Source of the DNA: an uncultured virus (IMG/VR IMGVR_UViG_3300032327_000778)
Lineage: Duplodnaviria; Heunggongvirae; Uroviricota; Caudoviricetes
Strand: one strand, 5' to 3'
Length of the DNA: 64,000 nucleotides
IMG/VR virus record: IMGVR_UViG_3300032327_000778
The position numbers were made by a program, and so were the translations under genes. This document shows positions 15,771 to 26,016 of this stretch, one piece after another. Position 1 is the stretch's first letter. Each line of letters opens with the position of its first letter. The notes beneath the pieces were generated by a model. That model searched no databases, had not been told where the DNA came from, and saw only the letters and a list, made by a program, of their open reading frames with translations.

Positions 15771-17681
15771 ATGTCATTTAATTTAATTCGTAATAGTCGG
15801 ATGTTCTTCACGACTAATGTGGATGCATCGAGCGGGGTGGTAGCCTCCAGCGGATTCACATCAAGCAATACATATGAAATCCAAGTTCTAGATGGCTTCA
15901 GCTTTAGTCAAAATACAACGGCTGATGTGGTTACTCTAAATGAAGCTGGTGCAACACCTGTTCGCGGTCAACGTAGTTTTAACACGGCACTTGATCCAGT
16001 AGATTTTACATTTAGTACTTATATTCGTCCTGCTGACTCTAGCACTGCTGCTGGCGGTTTTAATAGTGGGATTCTTACAGTTCCAGGACCTTCGGCTATT
16101 ACTGCCAACGTTGCAAACGTTACAGTAGCGTTTAGCGTAAAAAATAGTGCAGCTAACGTAGTTGCCAATGTTTCGTCAAAAGTAATTAATTTTACATTAA
16201 GTCGTGCTGGTACTGCAAATGCGGCTTCAAGCACTGCTAGTTATTTTGCAATTACAAATAATCCTACAGTGGTTAGCAAAGCAGCTACAACAGGTGCTCT
16301 ACCTGCTACACTACCAACATTGACTACTAGCACAGTTAATATTCTAACTCCTGCATATCAATGGGCTGTTCAAACTGCTAGTACTGGTAGCTTTGCAAAT
16401 ATTAGTGGTGCTACAAGTAGTACTTACCTAATTAATAGCGGTGGTGCAGAATATTTAGCTGGTGCTAATACTGGTCCTAATGTTAATACTTATCGTTGTA
16501 TTGTAAATGGTACAATCAATGGTACAGCAGGTGTAGTTACTGACGATATTGAAGTGCCAGTTGTACAAGCAGTTGCTAGTGGTGTTGGTGCAATTGTAGT
16601 AGCTTCAAGTAGTTTGAATAAACCACTAAAAGCTGCAAACGGTTCAGCATTTACAGATGTAGATTTTACTACAGGCAGTGTTGGTATTAGTGTTTATGAA
16701 GGTGCTACTATTGTACCGTTTGACGGTGTTGGTACTGCTAGTACTACTAGTACATTCAAAGTAAACTATACTCCAGCACCTAGTAATGTTACAGTTAGTA
16801 CAGGTACTAGTGTTGTTACAGCTGAAGAAGCCGTACTCTGGAATGCACTAATGAGCACAACTAGTATTGGTAGTACTGGTGCTGGTTGGACAGAGACCTA
16901 TCAGTATGCAAAATTAGTTGCAGATTATTCGCAGGCTCACCAACTACAAAAGTTTGGTGTAATTATTGTACTAGACTCTAGCAGCTTTATTATTGATAAC
17001 TGTGCATTGGATAGTGCTACAATTGACTTTGGTCTTGATGCAATTGCAACAATTGCTTGGGCTGGTAAAGGTACTAAACTACGTCAGCTTCCTGGCCTAA
17101 CAGCTACTTCTGGTACAACAGTTACTTTTGGTAGCGGTTTAAGCGGTACAGCTAAAGGTAAAAACTACCAAGCACCATATATTGCTAATAAGTTGAGCAC
17201 TATGAGTGTTAAAGGCGGTATTAATGGTAGTGGTACAGTTTATACTGTAGCCTTAACAGGCGGTCAGATGGTTATTAGTAATAATATTACCTACTTGACG
17301 CCTGCTAACTTGGGTATTGTTAACCAACCTATTACTTACTTTACAGGTACACGTAGTATCACAGGTACTTTAAACGCCTACCTACGTACAGGTACAGTTG
17401 CAGTACCAAACAGTACAGCAACACTCCTAAGTGATATGTTAACACAAAGCTTAACCGATGTTAATCCTGCTTATGAGATGATTGTTGCAGTTGGTGGTTC
17501 TACTAACCCAATTCGTATTGAACTAGATGTTAGTGCCGCAGTGTTAACAATTCCTAGTATTGCTACGGAACAGGTTATCAGTACAAGTATTAACTTTACT
17601 GGTCAGGGCTATACAACCGCTAATCAGTTTGATATTTCTCAATCTAATGAAGTAGAAGTTCGTTACTACACAGTAGTCTAA
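15771..17681 (+). CDS. Major tail tube protein (T5 pb6-like) with internal insertion
   Basis: MSFNLIRNSR, TLNEAG..P.RG...FN..L...F.FSTYI.P, IDFGLDAIATIAW.G, TG.RSITG.L..YL. Confidence 0.88.
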   Translation: MSFNLIRNSRMFFTTNVDASSGVVASSGFTSSNTYEIQVLDGFSFSQNTTADVVTLNEAGATPVRGQRSFNTALDPVDFTFSTYIRPADSSTAAGGFNSGILTVPGPSAITANVANVTVAFSVKNSAANVVANVSSKVINFTLSRAGTANAASSTASYFAITNNPTVVSKAATTGALPATLPTLTTSTVNILTPAYQWAVQTASTGSFANISGATSSTYLINSGGAEYLAGANTGPNVNTYRCIVNGTINGTAGVVTDDIEVPVVQAVASGVGAIVVASSSLNKPLKAANGSAFTDVDFTTGSVGISVYEGATIVPFDGVGTASTTSTFKVNYTPAPSNVTVSTGTSVVTAEEAVLWNALMSTTSIGSTGAGWTETYQYAKLVADYSQAHQLQKFGVIIVLDSSSFIIDNCALDSATIDFGLDAIATIAWAGKGTKLRQLPGLTATSGTTVTFGSGLSGTAKGKNYQAPYIANKLSTMSVKGGINGSGTVYTVALTGGQMVISNNITYLTPANLGIVNQPITYFTGTRSITGTLNAYLRTGTVAVPNSTATLLSDMLTQSLTDVNPAYEMIVAVGGSTNPIRIELDVSAAVLTIPSIATEQVISTSINFTGQGYTTANQFDISQSNEVEVRYYTVV

Positions 17682-17696
17682 CAACTTAAAATATGC

Positions 17697-17718
17697 GGGG
17701 CTAGCGTAAGCTAGCCCC
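17697..17718 (+). terminator. GC-rich hairpin after tail tube gene (no U-tract; possible attenuator or stabiliser)
   Basis: GGGGCTAGC-GTAA-GCTAGCCCC. Confidence 0.5.
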
Positions 17719-17741
17719 ACTCCCAATAACAAAAGGTAAAC

Positions 17742-18161
17742 ATGTCTACACTTTCTCTTAAAAATCTACTAGTACCCTCTAAATCAGTAGAAACCGAATA
17801 TCCGGGCATGCCTGGGTTTGTGCTGCAGTTGAGTTTCTTATCTCGTGAACTGCTGCTGAACATTCGTAAGAAGTCTACTAAAACTTCATTTAAAAATCGT
17901 CAGCCACAAGAAGATTTTAACGAAGATTTATTTTTGCAGTTATACTGCGAACAAGCAATTAAAGGTTGGAAAGGCCTTAAACTAAGTTATTTGGAGCAAT
18001 TGGCTCCAGTTGATTTAACCGGTCAAGATTTAAATGATTTCCTAGAGTTCACTCAAGAAAATGCATTGTACTTAATGAAAAATTCCAGCAACTTTGACGC
18101 ATTTATTAGCGAACAGGTAAGCGATCTGGGAAACTTTTCTACAGGCAGCTCTACGAAGTAA
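17742..18161 (+). CDS. Tail assembly chaperone (G-like)
   Basis: Between tail tube and tape measure; IKGWKGL motif; slippery site near 3' end. Confidence 0.8.
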   Translation: MSTLSLKNLLVPSKSVETEYPGMPGFVLQLSFLSRELLLNIRKKSTKTSFKNRQPQEDFNEDLFLQLYCEQAIKGWKGLKLSYLEQLAPVDLTGQDLNDFLEFTQENALYLMKNSSNFDAFISEQVSDLGNFSTGSSTK

Positions 18162-18514
18162 CTGAGTTGCTAAAAAACTACATACAAAATAGTTCTTTGG
18201 CTATGACTAAGGAAGCATATTTTGAAATGTGTGAACAGCTAGGTAGCGAACCTGTAGAATCTGAAATACCTGTAGAATTTGATGACTTTCCACTAGATGT
18301 ACAACAAGCACTTAACGTCTACAAATTTATGCGAGACGATTGGGATGGCATGAATGGGGTATATTTAGGAAAATCCCTAACAGGCATTACTGAAATTTTT
18401 AATTTCTGCGACATTGATCCTAGCGATAGAAATATTGTATTTCAATTAATTAAGATAATTGATAATATACGTCAAGAAGATATAAACAGCAAAAAGAAAA
18501 GCTCGTCCAGTTAA
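18128..18514 (+). CDS. Tail assembly chaperone extension (T-like), reached by -1 frameshift
   Basis: G GGA AAC heptamer at 18128-18134; -1 frame open to 18514; DDWDGMNG.YLGK. Confidence 0.78.
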   Translation, partial: GKLFYRQLYEVTELLKNYIQNSSLAMTKEAYFEMCEQLGSEPVESEIPVEFDDFPLDVQQALNVYKFMRDDWDGMNGVYLGKSLTGITEIFNFCDIDPSDRNIVFQLIKIIDNIRQEDINSKKKSSSS

Positions 18515-18534
18515 CAAACCGGACGGGCTTTTTT
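18499..18534 (+). terminator. Intrinsic terminator
   Basis: AAGCTCGTCC...GGACGGGCTTTTTT. Confidence 0.75.
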
Positions 18535-18554
18535 ATTGTTTAAAAATTTCGGTA

Positions 18555-18583
18555 TTGACATAAAGTAGCCCATATGTTATAAT
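18555..18583 (+). promoter_or_regulatory. Consensus sigma70 promoter for tape measure / tail tip operon
   Basis: AAAAATTT upstream, TTGACA-N17-TATAAT. Confidence 0.85.
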
Positions 18584-18643
18584 GAAGCTACATAAAAATG
18601 TGTGGAATATTTAAAATTTTACATAAGATAACCTGGAGATGCT

Positions 18644-21600
18644 ATGGCAGGTAATACCGTAAATATTAAACTACAAGTCAAGTCTGACGGTAGTTTAGAA
18701 GCAAGTATTAATGATACCAAAGAACTTAACCGAGAGTTAGGCAAAGCTGTAAAACATGCACAAGAGTACAGTAAAGTAGGTGCCAGTGCTGATAGTATGC
18801 AGTACGGTCGTGCTCGTGGCGCCAGTGGCTTAACTGGTGCAGGTGCCCGAGACTTTGCTAACGAACAGCAAGGTCTTGGTGGATTAGTTCGCCTATATGC
18901 AACACTTGCTGCTAACACTTACGCGGCTGCCACGGCTTTTAACTTTTTGCGTGATGGATATAATGCAGCTATACAAGAGAATGCATTAACACAGTTAAGT
19001 ATTACAAGTGGTGTAGCTATTAATGCGCTAGCTAAAAATTTAGTAGCTGCCACGGATGGTGCACTTAATTTTAAAGACGCAATGGGTGCAGCCGCTAAAG
19101 GTGTTACTAGCGGTTTAAGCAGTAAACAAATGCTACAACTAGCTGATGCTGCTAAAAAAGCCGGTCAAACTATTGGTATTGATACTGCCGAAGCTATTAG
19201 CCGTTTAACTCGTGGTATTACAAAAATTGAGCCTGAATTATTAGACGAACTAGGTTTATTTACTAAACTAGACAAAGCAGTTACAGACTATGCGCGTACT
19301 GTTGGTAAAAGTGTTGGTAGTTTAACAGACTTTGAACGTCGTCAAGCTTTTGCTAATGCTGTGTTAAAGGAAGCTAAAGATAAATTTAATGATGTTAATA
19401 TTCCTGCTAATCCTTATGAAAAACTAGCAGCAGCATTAAGTAATATTGCACTAGAAGGTACTAAATTAGTAAATTTCTTTTTAATACCAGTAGCTGAATT
19501 TTTTACTAATAATACTGGTGCATTAGTTGGTGCTCTTACCTTAATTGCATCAAAAATTATAGGAATGGCAATACCAGCATTAAGCCAATGGCGACAAGGA
19601 TTAAATGATGCTGCAGAAGTAGCAAAACGTCGCGCATCAGATATTAACGTAAGTTTTGGTGATGCTTTTGCACAAAAAATTGAAGCAAAGTACAATATAC
19701 CAAAACTAAAACAAAATCTTGATGATGCAGCACAAGCATATGAACAGTCTAGACAACAATTTTTAGCAACAGATAAAGCATATGCTAGTTCAAAAGATGC
19801 ACAAGATCAAAAAATTTATGGCGCTCTTAGTAAAGGATTAAAAGGTTCAGAACAACTTAGTAGTGATACTACTGCCGCAATACAGCAAAAAATAGTTGAT
19901 TTACGTAAACAAGGATTAAATGTTAGTGAAGCAGATCGTGTTATATTACAAAGTACTGCGGATAAGTTGGAAAAACAATTATTAATCTATGAAAGATTAA
20001 TAGCGGCTCGTAAGGCACTTGCTGATGCAAATAGTAAGTATGATGCAGCTGCAGAAGCCCCTAACTTAGAAGCTAGTTTACGTGAACGAGTAAGCTTACA
20101 GGCTAGACAAAAAGCATTTATGAAAGGAGCTGTTGCCGCAGCTGGAGAAGATACACAAATTTTAGGTGTTAAAGATGCTTTTAAATTATTAAATGAAACT
20201 GTTAATAAAAATTCAGTTGGTTTAAGTGCATTTGATAGAGGCATGACAAAGCTTAAAGGTACTTTAGTTATTGTTGCAGCTGAAGCAGAACTTTTAGCTG
20301 CTGTTTTAAATAGGGCATTTTTTATTTTTACAACAATAGCAACTGCTGTAGCCATCATTGTAGATGCATTTAGTACTGCTGAAAAAGAAGCCAGTAAATT
20401 AACTAGTAGTATAGATGCATTGGAACAGACTGCCGGTTTAACTGATAAAATAATGGAACGTTTTGGTAAAAACGTAAACTCTGTAACATTTAATGCAGTA
20501 GCTACAAATGCCAAAGAATTATTCGATGGGCTAGAAAGTCAGTTAGATGACTTTACACAATACTTGCGTAAACGTAGCTTTGTAGAAGGAATAGTTGACA
20601 GTTTTAAAGATATTTTTGGTGCCGGTAATCTTGGAAATTTTAGGGAAAGTGCCGCAAAAGGAATTGTTGGACAATTAAAAACTCTACCAGCAGGTGAGGC
20701 AAAAAAAGAACTAGAAAATTATTTACAAAATAAAATAGGAGTAGGTAAGTTAACTGAAGAAGCTATATCTGGAGCACTTAAAGGTAAAGATGAATTTAAA
20801 ATACGTGATATAGTTAAAGATGCTAATGATGCTATTGGCAAACAAGTACAAATATTGCAACAACAAAATGGCGTGCTAAAGGATTTAAAACAATCACTAG
20901 AAGCTTTTGGCACTAGTGCTAAAAATTTAGAAAATACATTGTTGCCTAGTGATGCACTGTCAAAATTTGCATTTGATGCTGTAGATGTAGGATTAAAACT
21001 AACAAAAGCATTTGAAGATCCAAAAACTGCTGCAATAGGATTGCAAGAAGCATTAAAAGACCCTAAAGCGTTTCAATTATTAAACGTACAGTTTGAAAAA
21101 GCCGGTTTAAATGCTCAAGCATTAATAGATGACGAACGTGATGTTAATAAACTATTACAAGATCGTGCAGATATTGTTAAAAAACTTGATCAAGCTCAAG
21201 CTGCACAAACGCGAGGCGGTCAAGCTGAACCAGGCGTGTTATCAAACACTATTGCTGATCTGCAAAAACAGCTTAAAACAGCTGATTTTAAGATACAAAT
21301 TAAAAAAGACGGAATAGAAACCGTAACTAATACTTTAAGTAAATTAGCTAATGATGTAATTAGTGAGGCTTTTAGAATTTTAGACTCTAAAGCCAACGCA
21401 GCGCGCGCTCAAGCGCAAATTGGCGTTGAGCGCGCTATTCTACAAGGTGTACAGGGACCAGGTACTTCAGCAGCACAAGCTGACTTAGATCGTAGAGATC
21501 TTGCCATACAGCAACAACAATTAACATTTACAATTGACTTAGTTACTCAGGGACAGCAAGCTAGAATCTTACAAGAAAAACAACTTCTTGAACTACAAAA

Positions 21601-24259
21601 TATTAAGATTTTAACAGAGGTATCCAATAGACTTGGAAAAACCACTACTGCCGAAGAAGCTAAAATTTTAGACTATAATCAAAAAGCTGTTAAAGACCTA
21701 GACTTAGTTTATAAATCTCTTGAAAAAGGTGCCAAAGGAATCTCTAAAGATGATTTTAGTCAAATGTCAGCATCAGCACAAAAAGCTTATGTACAAGCCA
21801 GACAAGTTCAATTAGGTGCTGAATCGCAACAAGCCGCACTGGCTGGTAAAGGTAGAGAGATTAATGTTAGAGAAAAACTGGGTATTTTGCAAGAGCAACA
21901 AACGGTACAAAATCGTATTTTAAAAGACCAGCAAATTCAGGCTCAATTAGACTTAGACTCATTTAATCGCCAAGGCATTGCACTAGACTATTTAAGCGAG
22001 GGTGCTAAAATACGCAAAGATCAGCTAGAAGATAGTGTTAGGTTAAAAAATAATGAGATTGCACTAAAATCAATTGACGACAAGATTGCTCAAGATCAAC
22101 TAAGGCTACAAATAGCCTTAAAAGAAGGTGCTGGTAAAAAAGAAGTTGCTGCAATTAATGGTGCACTAGCAGAGGCTAAAGCGCAACGTAATAGTTTAGC
22201 TAATCAACAAAAACAGCAGGATATAGCTGCAAAAATTAAGCAAGTTCAAGATGAGATTACTAGAGCGCATGCTGCAACTAGTCGTGAAATTGAGCATCAA
22301 AATAAACTGCGCGATATTGCCATACAACAACAACGGCAAGATCTTGCTAATCAAGCCAGCCTTGTAGAATTATATAATAATGCTGGTTTAGTAACTGGAC
22401 AACAGCTAGCAGGCGAGCAAAAATTATCTCAAGAACGTAAAACCGAATTAGATTATCAGCAACAACAAAATTCATTGCAAGATAATTACGTTAAACAGTA
22501 CCTTGATTTTCAAACAAAAATTGATCAAGCTAAAGCAGCTAATAAAACATCTGATGTTACAGAATACGAACGTGCTCAAGACAGATTAAAGTTAGAATTT
22601 CAAAGTGCTAGCGCCGCTAATCTTAAAAATAATATACAACAAAAATTTCTAGATGCACGAAATGCAGAAATTAATGCATTAAAACAAGTTAGAGAATACG
22701 AAAATAAATTAGCTGATGCTGCAATGGCTAGATTAAAATCACAGCAAGAACTTAATAGTTTAAGTGATAGCAATATGCCCTATCTAACCGATAAAGTTTT
22801 AGAAAACCGTTTAGCTTTAGAAAAAGAAATTGCAGATGAAGGTTTTAGGCGTCGTCAACAAGAACTTGATGATATAGATCTAATTAATCAAAGACTAATG
22901 GTAGAGTTAAAAATAAAGTCTGCTATTGCTGGTATAGATTTTGACCCTACTGCTTATAATAATGAGCAGGCCAGAATAGATAATTTACGAAAGTCTTTAG
23001 GATTAGATGAAAAAAGTTTTGAAGTAAAACAAGCACAAGCTGTAATTAATAATAAACTTGCTGGGGATTTACAGCGACTACAAATGCAAAATACTCTTGC
23101 CGAACAAGGAAATAAAGCAGATCAAATTGCCCTAGATAATAAAGATCAAATGTTAAAAGCACAACAAAGTCTTAATATGTTAACACCACAACAAATTCAA
23201 GACCAACAAAAAATTATTGATTATGGTAAACTAGAAGCAGATACAACTGCTGCTAAACGAGCCGAAGATGATCGCTATACACAAGCAAAATTAGAAAATG
23301 CTGCTGCAATTAAAAGAACTTTAGCAGCCGATGCAAATGCTGATTTAACCCTATTAAATGATAAAAATAAGTTTCTTGACCAATCCCATCAAAATGAGAT
23401 GAAAAATATTGCACAAACTATGGCAGGTAGAAAAGCTGCAATGGATTTGCAATATTCTATGAATGAACGCCAAAAAGCTTATAACGACGCATTTGTTAAA
23501 ATGTTTGATGGTATGGCCGACGCTATTATTGATTTTGTTAATACTGGCAAGTTTAATTTTAACGATCTAATTGATAGTTTTATTAAAGATATTGCTAGGT
23601 ATGAATTACGACTGTTCTTATTTCAACAATATCAACAACATATTCGTCCTGGTTTAGGTCTTGGTGGAGGTGGAATTCCGGGAGCCGGTGGATTTAGTTT
23701 TGGAAACTTCTTTAGTGGTTTTGGTTCTTCTGGCACTGCAGGCAATGCTGGTAGTACGGGCATGGTTATGGATAGTACTATTGGTGGTGCCAGTTCTGTT
23801 GGTATGTTTGTTGCTAAAGGTGCGGCATTTGATGCTGGTGACAAAAAATTTGCCAAAGGCGGAGCATTTGATCAGGGTTATACTGTACATCCATTTGCCA
23901 GAGGTGGCAGCTTTACTAACAGCGTAGTAAATGAACCTACTATGTTTAAATTTGCTCAAGGCACTGGCTTAATGGGCGAAGCTGGTCCAGAAGCCATTGT
24001 ACCATTAATGCGAGATAGCAGCGGTAATCTTGGAGTTAGAACTGATGGCGGTAACGCTGGATCTCATGTAAATATTGTTATTAACAACAATACTAGTGCA
24101 GAAGTACAGACTAATGAAGCCACAGACGGCCGAGGAAATCGCAGTATTGAAATAACTATTGGCGATATGGTAGCAAGACAAATAGCTAGTAAAAATAGTA
24201 CACTACAACAAACTATGGGTGCAGTATACGGTAATAGACCTGCGCTAGCAAGGAGATAA
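18644..24259 (+). CDS. Tape measure protein (1871 aa)
   Basis: T5 pb2-like N-terminus (ARDFA..., EPELLDELG), long helical Q/A/K-rich body, FAKGG/GEAGPEAIVPL C-terminus. Confidence 0.92.
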   Translation: MAGNTVNIKLQVKSDGSLEASINDTKELNRELGKAVKHAQEYSKVGASADSMQYGRARGASGLTGAGARDFANEQQGLGGLVRLYATLAANTYAAATAFNFLRDGYNAAIQENALTQLSITSGVAINALAKNLVAATDGALNFKDAMGAAAKGVTSGLSSKQMLQLADAAKKAGQTIGIDTAEAISRLTRGITKIEPELLDELGLFTKLDKAVTDYARTVGKSVGSLTDFERRQAFANAVLKEAKDKFNDVNIPANPYEKLAAALSNIALEGTKLVNFFLIPVAEFFTNNTGALVGALTLIASKIIGMAIPALSQWRQGLNDAAEVAKRRASDINVSFGDAFAQKIEAKYNIPKLKQNLDDAAQAYEQSRQQFLATDKAYASSKDAQDQKIYGALSKGLKGSEQLSSDTTAAIQQKIVDLRKQGLNVSEADRVILQSTADKLEKQLLIYERLIAARKALADANSKYDAAAEAPNLEASLRERVSLQARQKAFMKGAVAAAGEDTQILGVKDAFKLLNETVNKNSVGLSAFDRGMTKLKGTLVIVAAEAELLAAVLNRAFFIFTTIATAVAIIVDAFSTAEKEASKLTSSIDALEQTAGLTDKIMERFGKNVNSVTFNAVATNAKELFDGLESQLDDFTQYLRKRSFVEGIVDSFKDIFGAGNLGNFRESAAKGIVGQLKTLPAGEAKKELENYLQNKIGVGKLTEEAISGALKGKDEFKIRDIVKDANDAIGKQVQILQQQNGVLKDLKQSLEAFGTSAKNLENTLLPSDALSKFAFDAVDVGLKLTKAFEDPKTAAIGLQEALKDPKAFQLLNVQFEKAGLNAQALIDDERDVNKLLQDRADIVKKLDQAQAAQTRGGQAEPGVLSNTIADLQKQLKTADFKIQIKKDGIETVTNTLSKLANDVISEAFRILDSKANAARAQAQIGVERAILQGVQGPGTSAAQADLDRRDLAIQQQQLTFTIDLVTQGQQARILQEKQLLELQNIKILTEVSNRLGKTTTAEEAKILDYNQKAVKDLDLVYKSLEKGAKGISKDDFSQMSASAQKAYVQARQVQLGAESQQAALAGKGREINVREKLGILQEQQTVQNRILKDQQIQAQLDLDSFNRQGIALDYLSEGAKIRKDQLEDSVRLKNNEIALKSIDDKIAQDQLRLQIALKEGAGKKEVAAINGALAEAKAQRNSLANQQKQQDIAAKIKQVQDEITRAHAATSREIEHQNKLRDIAIQQQRQDLANQASLVELYNNAGLVTGQQLAGEQKLSQERKTELDYQQQQNSLQDNYVKQYLDFQTKIDQAKAANKTSDVTEYERAQDRLKLEFQSASAANLKNNIQQKFLDARNAEINALKQVREYENKLADAAMARLKSQQELNSLSDSNMPYLTDKVLENRLALEKEIADEGFRRRQQELDDIDLINQRLMVELKIKSAIAGIDFDPTAYNNEQARIDNLRKSLGLDEKSFEVKQAQAVINNKLAGDLQRLQMQNTLAEQGNKADQIALDNKDQMLKAQQSLNMLTPQQIQDQQKIIDYGKLEADTTAAKRAEDDRYTQAKLENAAAIKRTLAADANADLTLLNDKNKFLDQSHQNEMKNIAQTMAGRKAAMDLQYSMNERQKAYNDAFVKMFDGMADAIIDFVNTGKFNFNDLIDSFIKDIARYELRLFLFQQYQQHIRPGLGLGGGGIPGAGGFSFGNFFSGFGSSGTAGNAGSTGMVMDSTIGGASSVGMFVAKGAAFDAGDKKFAKGGAFDQGYTVHPFARGGSFTNSVVNEPTMFKFAQGTGLMGEAGPEAIVPLMRDSSGNLGVRTDGGNAGSHVNIVINNNTSAEVQTNEATDGRGNRSIEITIGDMVARQIASKNSTLQQTMGAVYGNRPALARR

Positions 24260-24262
24260 ACT

Positions 24263-24634
24263 ATGGCTAATATTGATTGGCCTACTGCAAACGGTTTTCC
24301 ACAAGTCCCACAAAAAGGCTTTCAGGAAACTGTACAAGTAGGAGTTATTAGAAGCCCCATGGAAATGGGGCCTGCAAAAGTTCGTAGACGTAATGCTAGA
24401 ACTAGTACTATGAATCTTAGTTTTATTTTAACTACTGCTCAAACACAAACATTAGAAACATTTATAAAAAGCGACATTCGTGGTGTGGCAAGATTTAACT
24501 TTCCACATCCACGATTGTTGGGAACTAAAGTAGAAGCAAGAATTATACCACAAGGCGAAGGTGAATTCTATACACTAACATACCTAGCACCCGGATACTG
24601 GAGTGCTAGTTTAACTTTTGAAATATTGCCATGA
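24263..24634 (+). CDS. Distal tail (Dit) / lambda gpM-like minor tail protein
   Basis: WP..FP, IRSPMEMGPAKVRRR, G...FNFPHP; follows tape measure. Confidence 0.75.
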   Translation: MANIDWPTANGFPQVPQKGFQETVQVGVIRSPMEMGPAKVRRRNARTSTMNLSFILTTAQTQTLETFIKSDIRGVARFNFPHPRLLGTKVEARIIPQGEGEFYTLTYLAPGYWSASLTFEILP

Positions 24635-26016
24635 GAGGATTAAGTGAAGCCGCTGTAAGGGCTATGTATTCTTCAGAAACTGAAGAAGCAATTATACTAC
24701 TATTAACTATATACGACCCTAATGATAGTGAAACCGAAGTCTTACATTTAGCCGATAATTTTACCCAAAGGCTAGAGCAATATACTACTGATACTGATGT
24801 AGTATATGGAGTCAGCATAACAGGAGCGGCTAATCTAGGTACTGTAGACGTTCAAAGTAGTGACTATAATGGTACTACCGCTAATATTAATAGTTATTTT
24901 AAAATAAACGGCGTAACTGTTAATTATACTTTTGGTCGCGGACATACAGTCATGGTACTAAATCCAGCTACTTTTGCTGTTGAAAGTATAATTACGTATG
25001 ACACTTATGGTTTAGGTAATTCGCAATCACTTGAAGCAGGACTTCGAGCAATAGCCACTGGAAAATTAGTGTGTATTGGTAGCTGGGATGCCACCGCATT
25101 AGATCAATCAACCAGAGATTATATTAATCAACAGTTTTATACTACTAAAACTAATACTTGGGGACCTACAAGAATTACACATACTGTAATTGGTGTAAAA
25201 GGTAATCGTTATGTTAAACCTATAGAAGTAGTAACTGCAAACAGTTCAGGATTTTTATCTCATTTTGTATTAAATAGTGCTTATAATAATGGTACTAGTA
25301 TTAGTAGTACTAGTCCTGGTTATAGCACTATTTGGACTAGTGCAGAATTATTAGTTGGTAATACAGCGATTGCTCGTAGCACAAGCTCTAATTATATTGA
25401 TTTTTTAAATCAATATGGAGTATGGCTAAAGAACACTAGTGCTGCAACTTTTGATAGAACTGTAAATGTGTATTTTCCAAAAACTGCAAATTACATAATT
25501 ACTGGTAGTTGTGATAATTCTGGAGCAGTTTATATAGACGGTGTCCTAGTTTTAGGAATAAGTGATTTTGGTAATACATTTAATGCTTCGGTTTCGGTTA
25601 CGGCAGGAACACATAGTGTACGTTTATTAGGCGTAAACAGTGGTGGTCCTGGATCAATTGGTGTAACTATTGAGGGTACTGGTCTTTCAAAAGATTTTAT
25701 ATTTTTTCCAATGGAAATTACCTTACCATCAGAAAGCGACGATGGTAGTTCTAACTGTACAATTGCAATTAATTTTGTTAGCAAAGAATTAATTGATATT
25801 ATCAGAACAAATTTAACTGCGCCAGCTAAAATATTGTTACAACTTGTGCTGTCAAGTAATCCCGGATATGTAGAAGCTTCATTTTCAAACTTTTATATAA
25901 CTGGTGTAACCTATAGTACCCAAGGTGTAAATCTTGAGCTTAGTATGATTAATTATAGCACAGAACCTTTTCCTGCCTATAATTTTTCTCCAAAATATTT
26001 TCCAGGACTGTTCTAA
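24631..26016 (+). CDS. DUF1833-like tail tip protein with ~290-aa inserted domains
   Basis: N-terminal AMYSSETEE..ILLLTI and C-terminal FIFFPMEITLP...EPFP...F.P.YFPGLF flank an insert. Confidence 0.7.
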   Translation: MRGLSEAAVRAMYSSETEEAIILLLTIYDPNDSETEVLHLADNFTQRLEQYTTDTDVVYGVSITGAANLGTVDVQSSDYNGTTANINSYFKINGVTVNYTFGRGHTVMVLNPATFAVESIITYDTYGLGNSQSLEAGLRAIATGKLVCIGSWDATALDQSTRDYINQQFYTTKTNTWGPTRITHTVIGVKGNRYVKPIEVVTANSSGFLSHFVLNSAYNNGTSISSTSPGYSTIWTSAELLVGNTAIARSTSSNYIDFLNQYGVWLKNTSAATFDRTVNVYFPKTANYIITGSCDNSGAVYIDGVLVLGISDFGNTFNASVSVTAGTHSVRLLGVNSGGPGSIGVTIEGTGLSKDFIFFPMEITLPSESDDGSSNCTIAINFVSKELIDIIRTNLTAPAKILLQLVLSSNPGYVEASFSNFYITGVTYSTQGVNLELSMINYSTEPFPAYNFSPKYFPGLF

